Shown one piece after another: positions 1 through 8,660 of a DNA stretch of 64,000 nucleotides. Position numbers and translations under genes: made by a program. The notes below the pieces were generated by a model. It worked only from the letters and a program-made list of their open reading frames with translations, made no database searches and was not told where the DNA came from. How positions within the stretch are numbered: position 1 is the first letter of the stretch; each line of letters opens with the position of its first letter. Origin of the DNA: a virus (lineage: Duplodnaviria; Caudoviricetes). The stretch lies in the IMG/VR virus record IMGVR_UViG_3300032218_002851, positions 1 to 64,000 of that record; one strand, given 5' to 3'.

Positions 1-784
1 ATGTCTGTGTTGTATATGCGTTGACTTGTCCGTACTGAGCAACATTGGCTGTAGCAACAAAGTTTGGCGCAGCTGATGCAGTAGAAGTAGCATACGACAC
101 GCCATTCGACCAGAACAAGCCAGAACCACCCATGTATATATTACCTGAGTTACCGCCTGAGCCTATATAGATGTTGCCGCTTATGCCAACGCCGCCTGAT
201 ACTACCAATGCACCAGTTGATGCACTACCACTTGTTGTTGTTGAAGTGACTATTACATTACCCGGACTGTCACTGATAAACAGCCTAGTAGTGCTATTAG
301 TGTCTAATCGAAGGCCATTTAATGTGCCATCGCGAGAAATTCTTGTGCCGCCGTTATTGCTAAGATCTAAAAACTGGGTACTAGGAATATTAATACTGCC
401 GCCTACACCTAAACCACCTACTACAACAAGAGCACCAGTTGTTGTGCTGCTGCTCACAGCAGTGGAAGCAGCGACAATATTACCACCTGCTTGAATTACA
501 CCACCTACTCCTACGCCACCTGTGACCACTAGAGCACCAGTTGTTGTGCTGGTACTGGCTGCGCCTGAGCTTACATTAGCAGTAGTAGCAGCCACAGCAC
601 CCCAATGAGTTGTGCTTACTAGACCTGCAGGTGAAGTCAAATTACCTGAGGTAGCATTGAAAGTAAAGTCTGAATTGACACCTAGTGTTGTGTTGCCACT
701 TGTGGTAGCTGTGTTGCTGAATAAAGGATAAAATGTCTGTGTTGTATATGCGTTGACTTGTCCGTACTGAGCAACATTGGCTGT
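1..784. repeat. Internal direct repeat in fibre gene (1-52 identical to 733-784)
   Basis: atgtctgtgttgtatatgcgttgacttgtccgtactgagcaacattggctgt occurs twice, 732 nt apart (in frame); encodes TANVAQYGQVNAYTTQT. Confidence 0.9.
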
Positions 785-1912
785 GCTTGTAAAAGTTGGT
801 GCAGTTGATGTTGCATAAGAAACGCCATTTGACCAGAACAAGCCATCAGACATTATTATATTTCCACCTGCTATAATGTTTCCTTCTGAGCTTATGCCGC
901 CAGCAGTACGTATTGCACCAGTGGTACTACTTGTGCTTGGTGTCGTGTTCACTGACCAAAATTCACCAAACTTACCCGTGCCATATACACCACCAGTAAT
1001 TATACCAGAAGTTTCAACACCAGCGCCGTAATATTCTAAATGTGTAGTATCATTGGCCCAGACTAAGGCTGCTCTAGATGCGCCGGTGCCTACTTTATAG
1101 TAATTGAATACTAAACCTATATCATAACCGTCATCAACGCTCAATGAACCAGTATACGGTTTATGAAGATCCATCAGTGAATCACTTGTAGAAAATGTAC
1201 CTACTGAAAATGAAGCTGATGATGCTAGATTGAAGGACGTTAAGATACTGAGATTTCCTACAGTGATATTACCTTGAACGTTTAGATTTTGCCCAACTCC
1301 TACGCCACCGGTTACAACTAACGCACCATTGTTGTATGCTGTTGATACAGTAGAAGAACCAACTGACACCACATCGCTTGTATTAACAGAGGCAAGAGTG
1401 GTAGAACCATCAACATTTAGATTTTGGCCAATAAATGCATTTTTTGCTACACCCAATCCACCTGCAATCTGTACTGCGCCTGTGGTAGAAGTTGTGCTGT
1501 TTGTGGCATTTGAAAACACGCCGTATCCGCCAACATTTAAGGTTTTACCGATTCCAACACCACCATACGGCACATACAGAGCGCCATTAGTTGTAGTAGT
1601 ACTCTGAGTTGAGTTAGAGAAGTTAGCTACAAGCGGTACCACGCCGCCAGGAAATGTGGTTCCGACAGTCGCAACCGGGCTATCGTTGATATACATTGTA
1701 CCGATCATGCGAACATCGCTGACTATGTTGTCAATTGCTACGTTTGAAAAATGTGCGTAAATTGTATTTGCATATGTACTGTTGATGTTATTAACCAAGA
1801 TCTGGGTGTTGGAAAAATTATTATTGACCTTAGTAAAAGCACCGCGGATTGATTCGCCAGTCTGGTCGTCAGCTGCTGCGCCTATATTGATTTGTGAAAT
1901 GTCTAGACCCAT
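1..1912 (-). CDS. Tail fibre / virion structural protein (partial, runs off window start)
   Basis: Not in ORF track. ATG at 1912 reads MGLDISQINIGAAADDQTGESIRGAFTKVNNNFSN, a typical T4-like fibre/baseplate N-terminus. Repeated STTTGALVVTGGVGVG-type motifs. The window-start segment is in the same frame (whole frame not checked codon by codon). Confidence 0.8.
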   Translation of the reverse strand, partial: MGLDISQINIGAAADDQTGESIRGAFTKVNNNFSNTQILVNNINSTYANTIYAHFSNVAIDNIVSDVRMIGTMYINDSPVATVGTTFPGGVVPLVANFSNSTQSTTTTNGALYVPYGGVGIGKTLNVGGYGVFSNATNSTTSTTGAVQIAGGLGVAKNAFIGQNLNVDGSTTLASVNTSDVVSVGSSTVSTAYNNGALVVTGGVGVGQNLNVQGNITVGNLSILTSFNLASSASFSVGTFSTSDSLMDLHKPYTGSLSVDDGYDIGLVFNYYKVGTGASRAALVWANDTTHLEYYGAGVETSGIITGGVYGTGKFGEFWSVNTTPSTSSTTGAIRTAGGISSEGNIIAGGNIIMSDGLFWSNGVSYATSTAPTFTSTANVAQYGQVNAYTTQTFYPLFSNTATTSGNTTLGVNSDFTFNATSGNLTSPAGLVSTTHWGAVAATTANVSSGAASTSTTTGALVVTGGVGVGGVIQAGGNIVAASTAVSSSTTTGALVVVGGLGVGGSINIPSTQFLDLSNNGGTRISRDGTLNGLRLDTNSTTRLFISDSPGNVIVTSTTTSGSASTGALVVSGGVGISGNIYIGSGGNSGNIYMGGSGLFWSNGVSYATSTASAAPNFVATANVAQYGQVNAYTTQT

Positions 1913-1943
1913 GTTATTCCTTCATCCAGATTGTTTTTTATAT

Positions 1944-2267
1944 TTATCCGCCCAGATTGTGTATTCTAAGCGCCAATTGATCTAATGCTTGTGATATTGT
2001 AGTTACTGAGCCATTCCAATTTAAAACGTTCGCTGGTGTGTATAATTGCCGTTGTATGTTTGCTGATGTGACACCACCGCTTATGTCATTGATCGACAAT
2101 ACTATGTTGCCTATTCTGCCGGCTACACTCATCACTGGTGCGTTCACGGTGAGATTGCCATTGGCAATGTTTGCAAAGTTATTGTTGACCTTGATGAAAG
2201 CTGTCCGAAGTGGATCGCCAGTTCCGTCCGCTGGTTGATTGCCTACGTTAATATTAGCGAAATTCAT
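1944..2267 (-). CDS. Short virion protein, paralog of fibre N-terminus
   Basis: MNFANINVGNQPADGTGDPLRTAFIKVNNNF resembles N-terminus of 1..1912; ATG 2267 with GGAG RBS. Confidence 0.75.
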   Translation of the reverse strand: MNFANINVGNQPADGTGDPLRTAFIKVNNNFANIANGNLTVNAPVMSVAGRIGNIVLSINDISGGVTSANIQRQLYTPANVLNWNGSVTTISQALDQLALRIHNLGG

Positions 2268-2276
2268 GAAAAAATC

Positions 2277-2303
2277 TCCGTATGCAGTATTTAGCAATAC
2301 GGA
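2277..2303 (-). promoter_or_regulatory. Late promoter TAAATA in loop of RBS-sequestering hairpin
   Basis: Minus strand TCCGTATTGC-TAAATACT-GCATACGGA-gattttttc-ATG; GGAG overlaps the 3' arm. Confidence 0.6.
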
Positions 2304-2326
2304 CGACTATTACGATGTGATGAAGG

Positions 2327-2872
2327 TCAGAGTCTTTGGCTGAGTACTTCCCAATTCATGATTTTCCAAAGGCTATCAATATATTTTCCTTTGTTAGAAC
2401 CATAGTCACGTTGATATGCATGTTCCCACATGTCTATCAACAAGACTATATCAGTTCGCTTTTCATGATTTGGTATTGTTTTGATACTGCCTGAGCGAGA
2501 TAGATATATCCACGCCGAGCCTTGCACCTTAAGTGCATGTTCGCGCATTTCTTTCTTGAAATCAGTGATGTTATCAAACTTATTTTCAATAAACTCTAGA
2601 ATACGACCTTGTGGTCGTTTATTGGATGCATGATCTTTGAATTGGGTAAACCATAGTTCATGCAGAAACGCACCAGCTTCATTAAAGCGGTCGTCGCCCT
2701 CATCGTTATTAAATCGATCTACATAGCCTTTGTACAAGGTACCATAGTGAAAGTCTATGGTAGATGCACTCATGCTCGGAGCAAGTTGATTTCGACTGTA
2801 GGGCAGTTTGACTTGCGTCAGTTTTCGACTGCTTTTAGCTTCTATGAGATTGATAGTATCACGTAGTTCCAT
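2327..2872 (-). CDS. sod: Fe/Mn superoxide dismutase (compact)
   Basis: LPY..LAP.MS..T..FH, FLH.LWF and DMWEHAY motifs retain four metal ligands. Confidence 0.9.
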   Translation of the reverse strand: MELRDTINLIEAKSSRKLTQVKLPYSRNQLAPSMSASTIDFHYGTLYKGYVDRFNNDEGDDRFNEAGAFLHELWFTQFKDHASNKRPQGRILEFIENKFDNITDFKKEMREHALKVQGSAWIYLSRSGSIKTIPNHEKRTDIVLLIDMWEHAYQRDYGSNKGKYIDSLWKIMNWEVLSQRL

Positions 2873-2876
2873 GATA

Positions 2877-3095
2877 CTATTTATTACGATATACGATCCT
2901 TCCCCTATTTAGATCATAAGGACTCATTTCGATTTCAACGGAGTCGCCTTGAGTCAGACGAATATTATTTTGACGTAATTTACCACTGATAGAGGCAGTA
3001 ATAATATGATTGTTTTCTAGCTTGACCCTAAAGACAGTATTTGGCAATACATCGTCAATAGTTCCGGTCAGCTTGATAGCTTCTTCTTTAGGCAC
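2877..3095 (-). CDS. infA: Translation initiation factor IF-1
   Basis: [28 protein letters not shown]...[30 protein letters not shown], the IF-1 signature. Confidence 0.95.
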   Translation of the reverse strand: MPKEEAIKLTGTIDDVLPNTVFRVKLENNHIITASISGKLRQNNIRLTQGDSVEIEMSPYDLNRGRIVYRNK

Positions 3096-3174
3096 AGATT
3101 TTTAGTTTCCTTCTTATTAAATTATATTCTTGAAAGTGATTATAGCAACCTATTTATATCAATATATAGGATTA

Positions 3175-3627
3175 TTACAATGCGTTGTCTTGAGTGTGTT
3201 GAAATTTTTTGACACGTTCGGAACGTATTTTAGCAACATCTTCTACCGCTTGGCGTAGAGTTTCTGCATAGTTTAATGCTTGTTGCTGATTTAACAATGT
3301 AGTTGATTCATATGTAACATAGCCTTTGAACCAAACATGACAGGTGATTCGTGCACGATTGTAAATGCCGTTAATCCATCTTGCAATAGCATACCATTGT
3401 TTTTCTAAAAATCTGTTCTTGATGTCACGGTGTTCATCCACAATACTTTGCCAGTATGAGGTAGTTTGTCGAGTAGAGATTTGTACAGTAATTGCATATT
3501 CATCTGCTTCTACATAAACGTTTTGGATACAGTCATTATTGCCACATTCGCATGATACTTTGTATGACTTGCAATCGCCAAAATCTTGGCTTTTAAGAAT
3601 ACCAGTTGCTGGTTGTTGCGCTTCCAT
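3175..3627 (-). CDS. Hypothetical phage protein
   Basis: ORF track; fits operon packing. Confidence 0.6.
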   Translation of the reverse strand: MEAQQPATGILKSQDFGDCKSYKVSCECGNNDCIQNVYVEADEYAITVQISTRQTTSYWQSIVDEHRDIKNRFLEKQWYAIARWINGIYNRARITCHVWFKGYVTYESTTLLNQQQALNYAETLRQAVEDVAKIRSERVKKFQHTQDNAL

Positions 3628-3971
3628 TAAATCTCCAATTTTTTTAAATTTTCGTGGTTAATATCTAGTACTTCAAAGTTAGGACCTACCATCATCTTGT
3701 TGTTGCCAATCAAGAAGACATGACGGGGGAATCTAGCTCTCAAGGTTTCTCTGATCTCAATATAGGTTTTACCCTGGGCAAGAAACTTCTCATTTTCGCT
3801 ATCAAACCAGTAATAGCAATCTCCATATTGCTCTTGTCTAACTGGACGAATAAACTCAGCAATATGTTTTTTAAAATTTTTGTCATTTTGGTTTTTCTTG
3901 ACCAGCAATAAACCATAGATAGTGTTCAATAGTAAAAACATCGTAATAAAATAGAAAATAAAATCTGCCAT
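3627..3971 (-). CDS. Hypothetical protein with N-terminal TM helix
   Basis: Hydrophobic N-terminus; start/stop overlap with neighbour. Confidence 0.6.
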   Translation of the reverse strand: MADFIFYFITMFLLLNTIYGLLLVKKNQNDKNFKKHIAEFIRPVRQEQYGDCYYWFDSENEKFLAQGKTYIEIRETLRARFPRHVFLIGNNKMMVGPNFEVLDINHENLKKLEI

Positions 3972-3979
3972 AAAGATAT

Positions 3980-4747
3980 TTAAACCTCAAATACAAAACT
4001 AGGATCAAAGCTAGCTGCCAGCGGTTCGTAGCGATGATATCCACGAGGATTACTCAACACTCGTGTGTTGCCAACTAGATAATCACTTCGACTGTGCATA
4101 TGTCCATGAACCCAGTAGGTAATTTCTGGATGCGAGTAAATCAAATTTTCTAAATCAGAAAAATAAGCACCATTACCGTGGAAATCGTCTTTGTAATATT
4201 CAGATACACTTTGAATACTGGGTGCATGATGCGTGATTACTACTATTGGTCCAGTATGTGCTGTTTTAGCAAGTTTGTTTAGGGTGTTCTTGATATATTC
4301 TCGACTTGCCTTGTGTGTTTCGATAGTATTTGATGGTGTTAAAGGAAGGCTACCGTGTGCATAATTGATCAAACGATAATCATTCATCATTTTCGAGATG
4401 TCAAACATGCTGACTGGATTTTCCTTATTCATGTCAGTCCATAGTGTCGCGCCAATGAACAACACATCATCTATTTTTACTGATTCATTTTCCAGTATGA
4501 TAACATTATCCGGCATTCGCTGTTTGATAAAATCATATGTTTCATTGAATGCGCCCAGATAATGCTCGTGATTACCCATTACATACAACACATGATTGTA
4601 TTTGGCGCACTCTTCAGTGAAGAACTTAATGTGTCGGTTTAAATTCACTGCTTCACAAATGTCGCCAGCCAAGATCAAAATATCTCCGCCTGGCAATTCA
4701 ATATTACCAAACTCCAAATGTAAATCTGAGCAAAGAGAAATTTTCAT
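3980..4747 (-). CDS. Calcineurin-like metallophosphoesterase
   Basis: SDLHLE, LAGDI, GNHEHY, THHAP and HGHMH motifs; start adjusted to MKISLCSD. Confidence 0.9.
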   Translation of the reverse strand: MKISLCSDLHLEFGNIELPGGDILILAGDICEAVNLNRHIKFFTEECAKYNHVLYVMGNHEHYLGAFNETYDFIKQRMPDNVIILENESVKIDDVLFIGATLWTDMNKENPVSMFDISKMMNDYRLINYAHGSLPLTPSNTIETHKASREYIKNTLNKLAKTAHTGPIVVITHHAPSIQSVSEYYKDDFHGNGAYFSDLENLIYSHPEITYWVHGHMHSRSDYLVGNTRVLSNPRGYHRYEPLAASFDPSFVFEV

Positions 4748-4748
4748 T

Positions 4749-5405
4749 TTAATCCCACAGGTCTCCGTAATATTTACCAAACAAACGTAGCCCATTGTCA
4801 ATACGTGACTGATGGGCTTTCATGCCATCCCAATCAGTTTCCAGCGTGTGATTTGGGCCATATATCATTCGAGATAGTTTTTCGCTCTTGCCAGTGAGCG
4901 GATCTGTATATTCTTCGTCTGTGGATTCAAATTGATAATCAGCCTCACCTGTGTGATATTTTTGTTGCCAATCACAATCTGGCTGCAGTTGTTCAAAAGC
5001 CCAAATCATCTCGTCAAGAACCCAATCCCAACGAAGATGAAAGTTATCATCAGTATCCCATTCATTTTCCTTGGCTGGCGCACTGGTGCTGCGTAGTTCT
5101 TGTGGTACATCGTCATCATCTACAAATCCGCTGCCGTGCTTGGTATTTTGTAATTGCTTTAGCATTGGCAATACAATCAGGGCCAATGTATCATTCATGT
5201 TCCATGTATCATACTTGTCGATACGAACTCGGATTCGACGCTGCTTTAACCCATCTAGTTTAGCGCAAACAGTACTAACCCAAGTCTCGCTAAGCCATTT
5301 TCCAATCTTGTCACATCGATCTTTGCTAACCCCAACTTTCTGTAATAAATCAGCCAGCTGATACGGTCCAATCCAGTTTTTATATGGGCCGATATAGATT
5401 TTCAT
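4749..5405 (-). CDS. Conserved phage hypothetical protein
   Basis: MKIYIGPY...DTWNM..TLA.I..PML.QL...WDWVLDEMIWAFE...FGKYY.DLWD pattern. Confidence 0.7.
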   Translation of the reverse strand: MKIYIGPYKNWIGPYQLADLLQKVGVSKDRCDKIGKWLSETWVSTVCAKLDGLKQRRIRVRIDKYDTWNMNDTLALIVLPMLKQLQNTKHGSGFVDDDDVPQELRSTSAPAKENEWDTDDNFHLRWDWVLDEMIWAFEQLQPDCDWQQKYHTGEADYQFESTDEEYTDPLTGKSEKLSRMIYGPNHTLETDWDGMKAHQSRIDNGLRLFGKYYGDLWD

Positions 5406-5647
5406 TTGGTGTCCTTTAAAACGTTCCAGGTTTTTTCTTGCGTATAAAGATAGAATTCATATTTAGAACGCATAAAGTCATAAAATGAGCGCAGTGCAAA
5501 TACGGTTGAAATTATTCCAATGAAAACTGCAGTAATTATGCTGTAGGGCTTGGGTACAGCAACGATCACAACAATGCTGATGATAAAACAAAGCAGCGGC
5601 GCTATTTCCCGAGCTACGAACTTCCAAAATTTGACATCGATATTCAT
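5402..5647 (-). CDS. Small 2-TM membrane protein
   Basis: Two hydrophobic segments; follows sigma70 promoter. Confidence 0.6.
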   Translation of the reverse strand: MNIDVKFWKFVAREIAPLLCFIISIVVIVAVPKPYSIITAVFIGIISTVFALRSFYDFMRSKYEFYLYTQEKTWNVLKDTK

Positions 5648-5676
5648 TAATATTGCCTATTATTTAGATTGATTCT

Positions 5677-5706
5677 AGTATACACTATCTGTATATATTT
5701 TGTCAA
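5677..5706 (-). promoter_or_regulatory. sigma70-type early promoter
   Basis: TTGACA-18-TATACT on minus strand. Confidence 0.75.
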
Positions 5707-6026
5707 GACTTTTTGGTAAGCTCTGTCACAGTAATATATCGCTGGTAAGCTGTTTCTAGCTCTTGCCTAGCTTGTTCTGCAGCTGCATGTTCTGATGGTG
5801 GCCATGAGCCGTCACGGAGGTTTTGGTACCAAGATTTAGGATTTTCTGGCGTCCAAAAGACTACATTTTGTGTTCCTTCATTGTTTTTCCATTGTTGGAA
5901 TGCACTATGATAGCGGCAGTATTTAATTTCATTGCCACCTGTCATCATAGAACCAACCATGCACAGATAATAATCATCTTTTTTAGGTAAATTCTCAGTA
6001 ACATGATACCACGCTGTTAAGATCAT
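5703..6026 (-). CDS. Hypothetical protein
   Basis: Start adjusted to MILTAW (ATGA overlap with upstream stop). Confidence 0.55.
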   Translation of the reverse strand: MILTAWYHVTENLPKKDDYYLCMVGSMMTGGNEIKYCRYHSAFQQWKNNEGTQNVVFWTPENPKSWYQNLRDGSWPPSEHAAAEQARQELETAYQRYITVTELTKKS

Positions 6027-6241
6027 GTCCACCTCAGGTACCATAATAAATGATCACTGTCAGTTTCAAATTCAACAAAATAACCTTTATTGTATAATAA
6101 TCTAGCATTAAATTTGTTTAGTTCCAGCGCAATAGTTTCATCGCTGACATCAACTACTTTGTCATCTTGCATAAACGTGATCATGTTTTGCCATGCTGCT
6201 GGGCAATCAAAAAATGTTTCAGCTAAATTAATTATAACCAC
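6023..6241 (-). CDS. Small protein of C-terminal L-x-W family
   Basis: DCPAAWQNMI...LLWYLRWT; paralog of 11194..11403. Confidence 0.6.
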   Translation of the reverse strand: MVIINLAETFFDCPAAWQNMITFMQDDKVVDVSDETIALELNKFNARLLYNKGYFVEFETDSDHLLWYLRWT

Positions 6242-6474
6242 TTTAATGCAAACAATGTTTCTAGTTTTGTGTTAGAAATTTCAATATCCCACGCTATATT
6301 GTCTTCGTACTTATTGGTATCAAATATAGTGGTAACAACAATGTTCCACCCTTCTCCTTTAATAAAACGTGTAGGAATCGTTGTTGGTTTTACCATACCT
6401 ACATATTGATTTAGCCAGTCTATTATTTCTTTTCCATTTGGATTTATTATTATCATGCCCAACTTATTTGTCAT
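6232..6474 (-). CDS. Small protein of C-terminal L-x-W family
   Basis: Ends LFALKWL; ATGA overlap. Confidence 0.55.
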   Translation of the reverse strand: MTNKLGMIIINPNGKEIIDWLNQYVGMVKPTTIPTRFIKGEGWNIVVTTIFDTNKYEDNIAWDIEISNTKLETLFALKWL

Positions 6475-6680
6475 GTCCACTTCCACTTTAGCAAAAAAAA
6501 GGTGATTTCTTCTTCGGTGGCAAATTTGAAGGTGTCAAATGATGTTCTGCAGCCACAGCCCGTTGCATTGCACCATTCCCCAATCGGATCCAGATCTTTT
6601 TCTGTGAGCCAGTCTCCGTAAGACACTAACCTCAGCTGACCGAGCGGTGCTTTTTGCCAGTTTATTCGGCGAGTTGACAT
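6471..6680 (-). CDS. Small protein of C-terminal L-x-W family
   Basis: Ends FFLLKWKWT. Confidence 0.6.
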   Translation of the reverse strand: MSTRRINWQKAPLGQLRLVSYGDWLTEKDLDPIGEWCNATGCGCRTSFDTFKFATEEEITFFLLKWKWT

Positions 6681-6686
6681 TATATA

Positions 6687-6923
6687 TCAATGCGGAAGTA
6701 GATGTGAAAATTTTAACTGTAACATGCAATAATCTTGTTCAGAAAATTTCGCTATATACCTTAGTTCATGAACTAAGGTATTATGTGAAAACGAGAAAAA
6801 AGTTTCTACCTTCTGGCTGTGTTCTACCACCCATTTACCCAATTCACTATTAAGCCATTTTTGATAAAACGTATTATCGTCATTGTCAACGATAAATTCT
6901 TTAAAAACACAAACCTTGATCAT
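6687..6923 (-). CDS. Small hypothetical protein
   Basis: ATGA overlap; ends MLQLKFS. Confidence 0.55.
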   Translation of the reverse strand: MIKVCVFKEFIVDNDDNTFYQKWLNSELGKWVVEHSQKVETFFSFSHNTLVHELRYIAKFSEQDYCMLQLKFSHLLPH

Positions 6924-7261
6924 GCTGCATCATCCGGCTGATCACTTAGAATATTCCATATACGACATTTTTCAGAAAGTTCAGCTTCTAATTCTCGATA
7001 CTGATCTCCTAATTTTCTAAGTTCTTCAAACTGTGATTCTATATGGAGATTGGGTCTAAGCATAGCAAGTCTTTGTTCTATTTTTGATAATGCATCCATG
7101 ATGTTGACACCGTTAACTTCTAACGTTCCAGTAATTCTTACACCCGGTGATGAATTTACGCCGATGTTTAAATGATTATGTGCGTTCTTACTGGTACTGA
7201 TGTTACCTCCGCCTTGAAGCACTTGGTATTTTGAATTGTATGTTGTATATTTGTTACTCAT
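6920..7261 (-). CDS. Hypothetical coiled-coil protein
   Basis: IEQRLAMLRPN...FEELRKLGDQYRELE pattern. Confidence 0.6.
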   Translation of the reverse strand: MSNKYTTYNSKYQVLQGGGNISTSKNAHNHLNIGVNSSPGVRITGTLEVNGVNIMDALSKIEQRLAMLRPNLHIESQFEELRKLGDQYRELEAELSEKCRIWNILSDQPDDAA

Positions 7262-7296
7262 TTAATCAGTCTATAACAAACATAAAGAAAAATCAA

Positions 7297-7665
7297 TCAG
7301 ATCTGGATATATCGACAAGTCAACAATATCCATCCTAAATTATCTAGGTCATATTGTATTTGCTCAGTGATATAACCTTCATCTACATAGCCAATTTGCT
7401 CAGCGTATTCTCGAAATCTAGGACCAGAGCGATACCATTGACTTCGATCTTCTTGCCGTAGTTCAGCAATGATAGTGGCTGCATCATACCACGTACAGTT
7501 CCAACGTAGATTTTTTAACAATGCCCATGTGTCTTTGGGAGCATACTCGTTGTTACAAAGTGCTGCATAAAGATTTTGTGCGTAAATACGCTCTCGTTGG
7601 ACCTTTCTTATCACATCAGGGTGAGTTCGGAGGTCTAGTTCTAGATTAAACGCTCGTCTGGGCAT
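7297..7665 (-). CDS. Hypothetical protein (YAxxLYAALCNN family)
   Basis: Paralog of 8126..8494. Confidence 0.65.
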   Translation of the reverse strand: MPRRAFNLELDLRTHPDVIRKVQRERIYAQNLYAALCNNEYAPKDTWALLKNLRWNCTWYDAATIIAELRQEDRSQWYRSGPRFREYAEQIGYVDEGYITEQIQYDLDNLGWILLTCRYIQI

Positions 7666-7688
7666 ATAGATATTTAACCTGCCCAAGA

Positions 7689-7711
7689 AAAAAGGCGCCA
7701 AAGCGCCTTTA
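7689..7711 (-). terminator. Rho-independent terminator
   Basis: aaaggcgc-caaa-gcgccttt stem with U-tract on minus strand after 7733..8032. Confidence 0.65.
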
Positions 7712-7732
7712 AACTCACTCTATCGAGCAACC

Positions 7733-8032
7733 TTAGGCGTTTGAGCCCATTTCAGCTACCTTGGACTTTAGCAGATAGTATTCTGCAACCATCTTTCGAC
7801 TAGCTTCACCATGGCGATACTCAGTAACCTCATGACCATTGCCAGCAACTCGACGCTTAGCATAGATAGCGAATCCACGCTGACGGATCGTGCTGATCTG
7901 AGCGGTTGGATTCTTCAGACCAAAACGCTTGGTCATCTGTGCTTCAGTAAGCGTTTCACGATCTAGGACCAGTGCCTTGAATAGCTTGCCCTGCTTGGTT
8001 TCGAGATTGAACTTCTTTAGATTGATTGACAT
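7733..8032 (-). CDS. Putative winged-HTH DNA-binding protein
   Basis: LT..QM.KRFGLKNPTAQISTIRQRGFAIY; start adjusted to MSINLKK. Confidence 0.55.
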   Translation of the reverse strand: MSINLKKFNLETKQGKLFKALVLDRETLTEAQMTKRFGLKNPTAQISTIRQRGFAIYAKRRVAGNGHEVTEYRHGEASRKMVAEYYLLKSKVAEMGSNA

Positions 8033-8125
8033 TGATGATTTCTCCTTATTTGTAACAGCTGTGTTCAACAGCATTTATGTATTGTGCGTGACTAGTTAGA
8101 AACTAGCAAGCACTTGTTTTACCTT

Positions 8126-8494
8126 TTAATCAGTATCATCGATTACAATCCAGCCTAAACGCAATAGGTCTGCTCGGATCTCATCAGTGCATAGTCCTTC
8201 GTTGCCTGAGAGATACCAATCCATGTAGTTGCCCGTGCCACGCATGTCAGCGATGATTCTGCCAGCACCACGCCAGCTCCGAGCCCATCGTTCACCCTTC
8301 AACAAAGGCCACACATCGTTTTTAATGAAATAATTATTACAAAGTGCCGCATATAAATATTTGGCATAGTCATCACTAACACGCACCTTTTCCAAGATCC
8401 AATCAGTGCTGAGTAAATCGAACTCTAGATCGTTTGCCACTGGTTCTGCGAGTTCTGTCACCGGATCAACAAACGCCCTACTGATCTTGATCAT
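8126..8494 (-). CDS. Hypothetical protein (YAxxLYAALCNN family)
   Basis: DYAKYLYAALCNN...SWRGAGRIIADMR..G.YMDWY. Confidence 0.65.
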   Translation of the reverse strand: MIKISRAFVDPVTELAEPVANDLEFDLLSTDWILEKVRVSDDYAKYLYAALCNNYFIKNDVWPLLKGERWARSWRGAGRIIADMRGTGNYMDWYLSGNEGLCTDEIRADLLRLGWIVIDDTD

Positions 8495-8660
8495 GCTTTT
8501 TCTTTAGGCTCACATCACCATTGTCAGCTACATTCCAAACAAGAGCATCGCCTTCGGTCCAACCTAGTTCAGTCAACAAACCAGGTGGAAAGATCATGAC
8601 CAAATCTCCGGTCTCAGGATCTTCTTCCACATCAGCGAACCAGTGCTTTTTAATTTCCAT
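8478..8660 (-). CDS. AbrB/MazE/SpoVT-like small DNA-binding protein
   Basis: GDLVMIFPPGLLTELGWTEGDALVW swapped-hairpin pattern. Confidence 0.6.
   Translation of the reverse strand: MEIKKHWFADVEEDPETGDLVMIFPPGLLTELGWTEGDALVWNVADNGDVSLKKKHDQDQ

Noticed and set aside
171-1985. Plus-strand ORFs 171..494, 1329..1607, 1782..1985
   Set aside because: Antisense shadows of the minus-strand fibre gene; Pro/Val-rich nonsense composition, no RBS.
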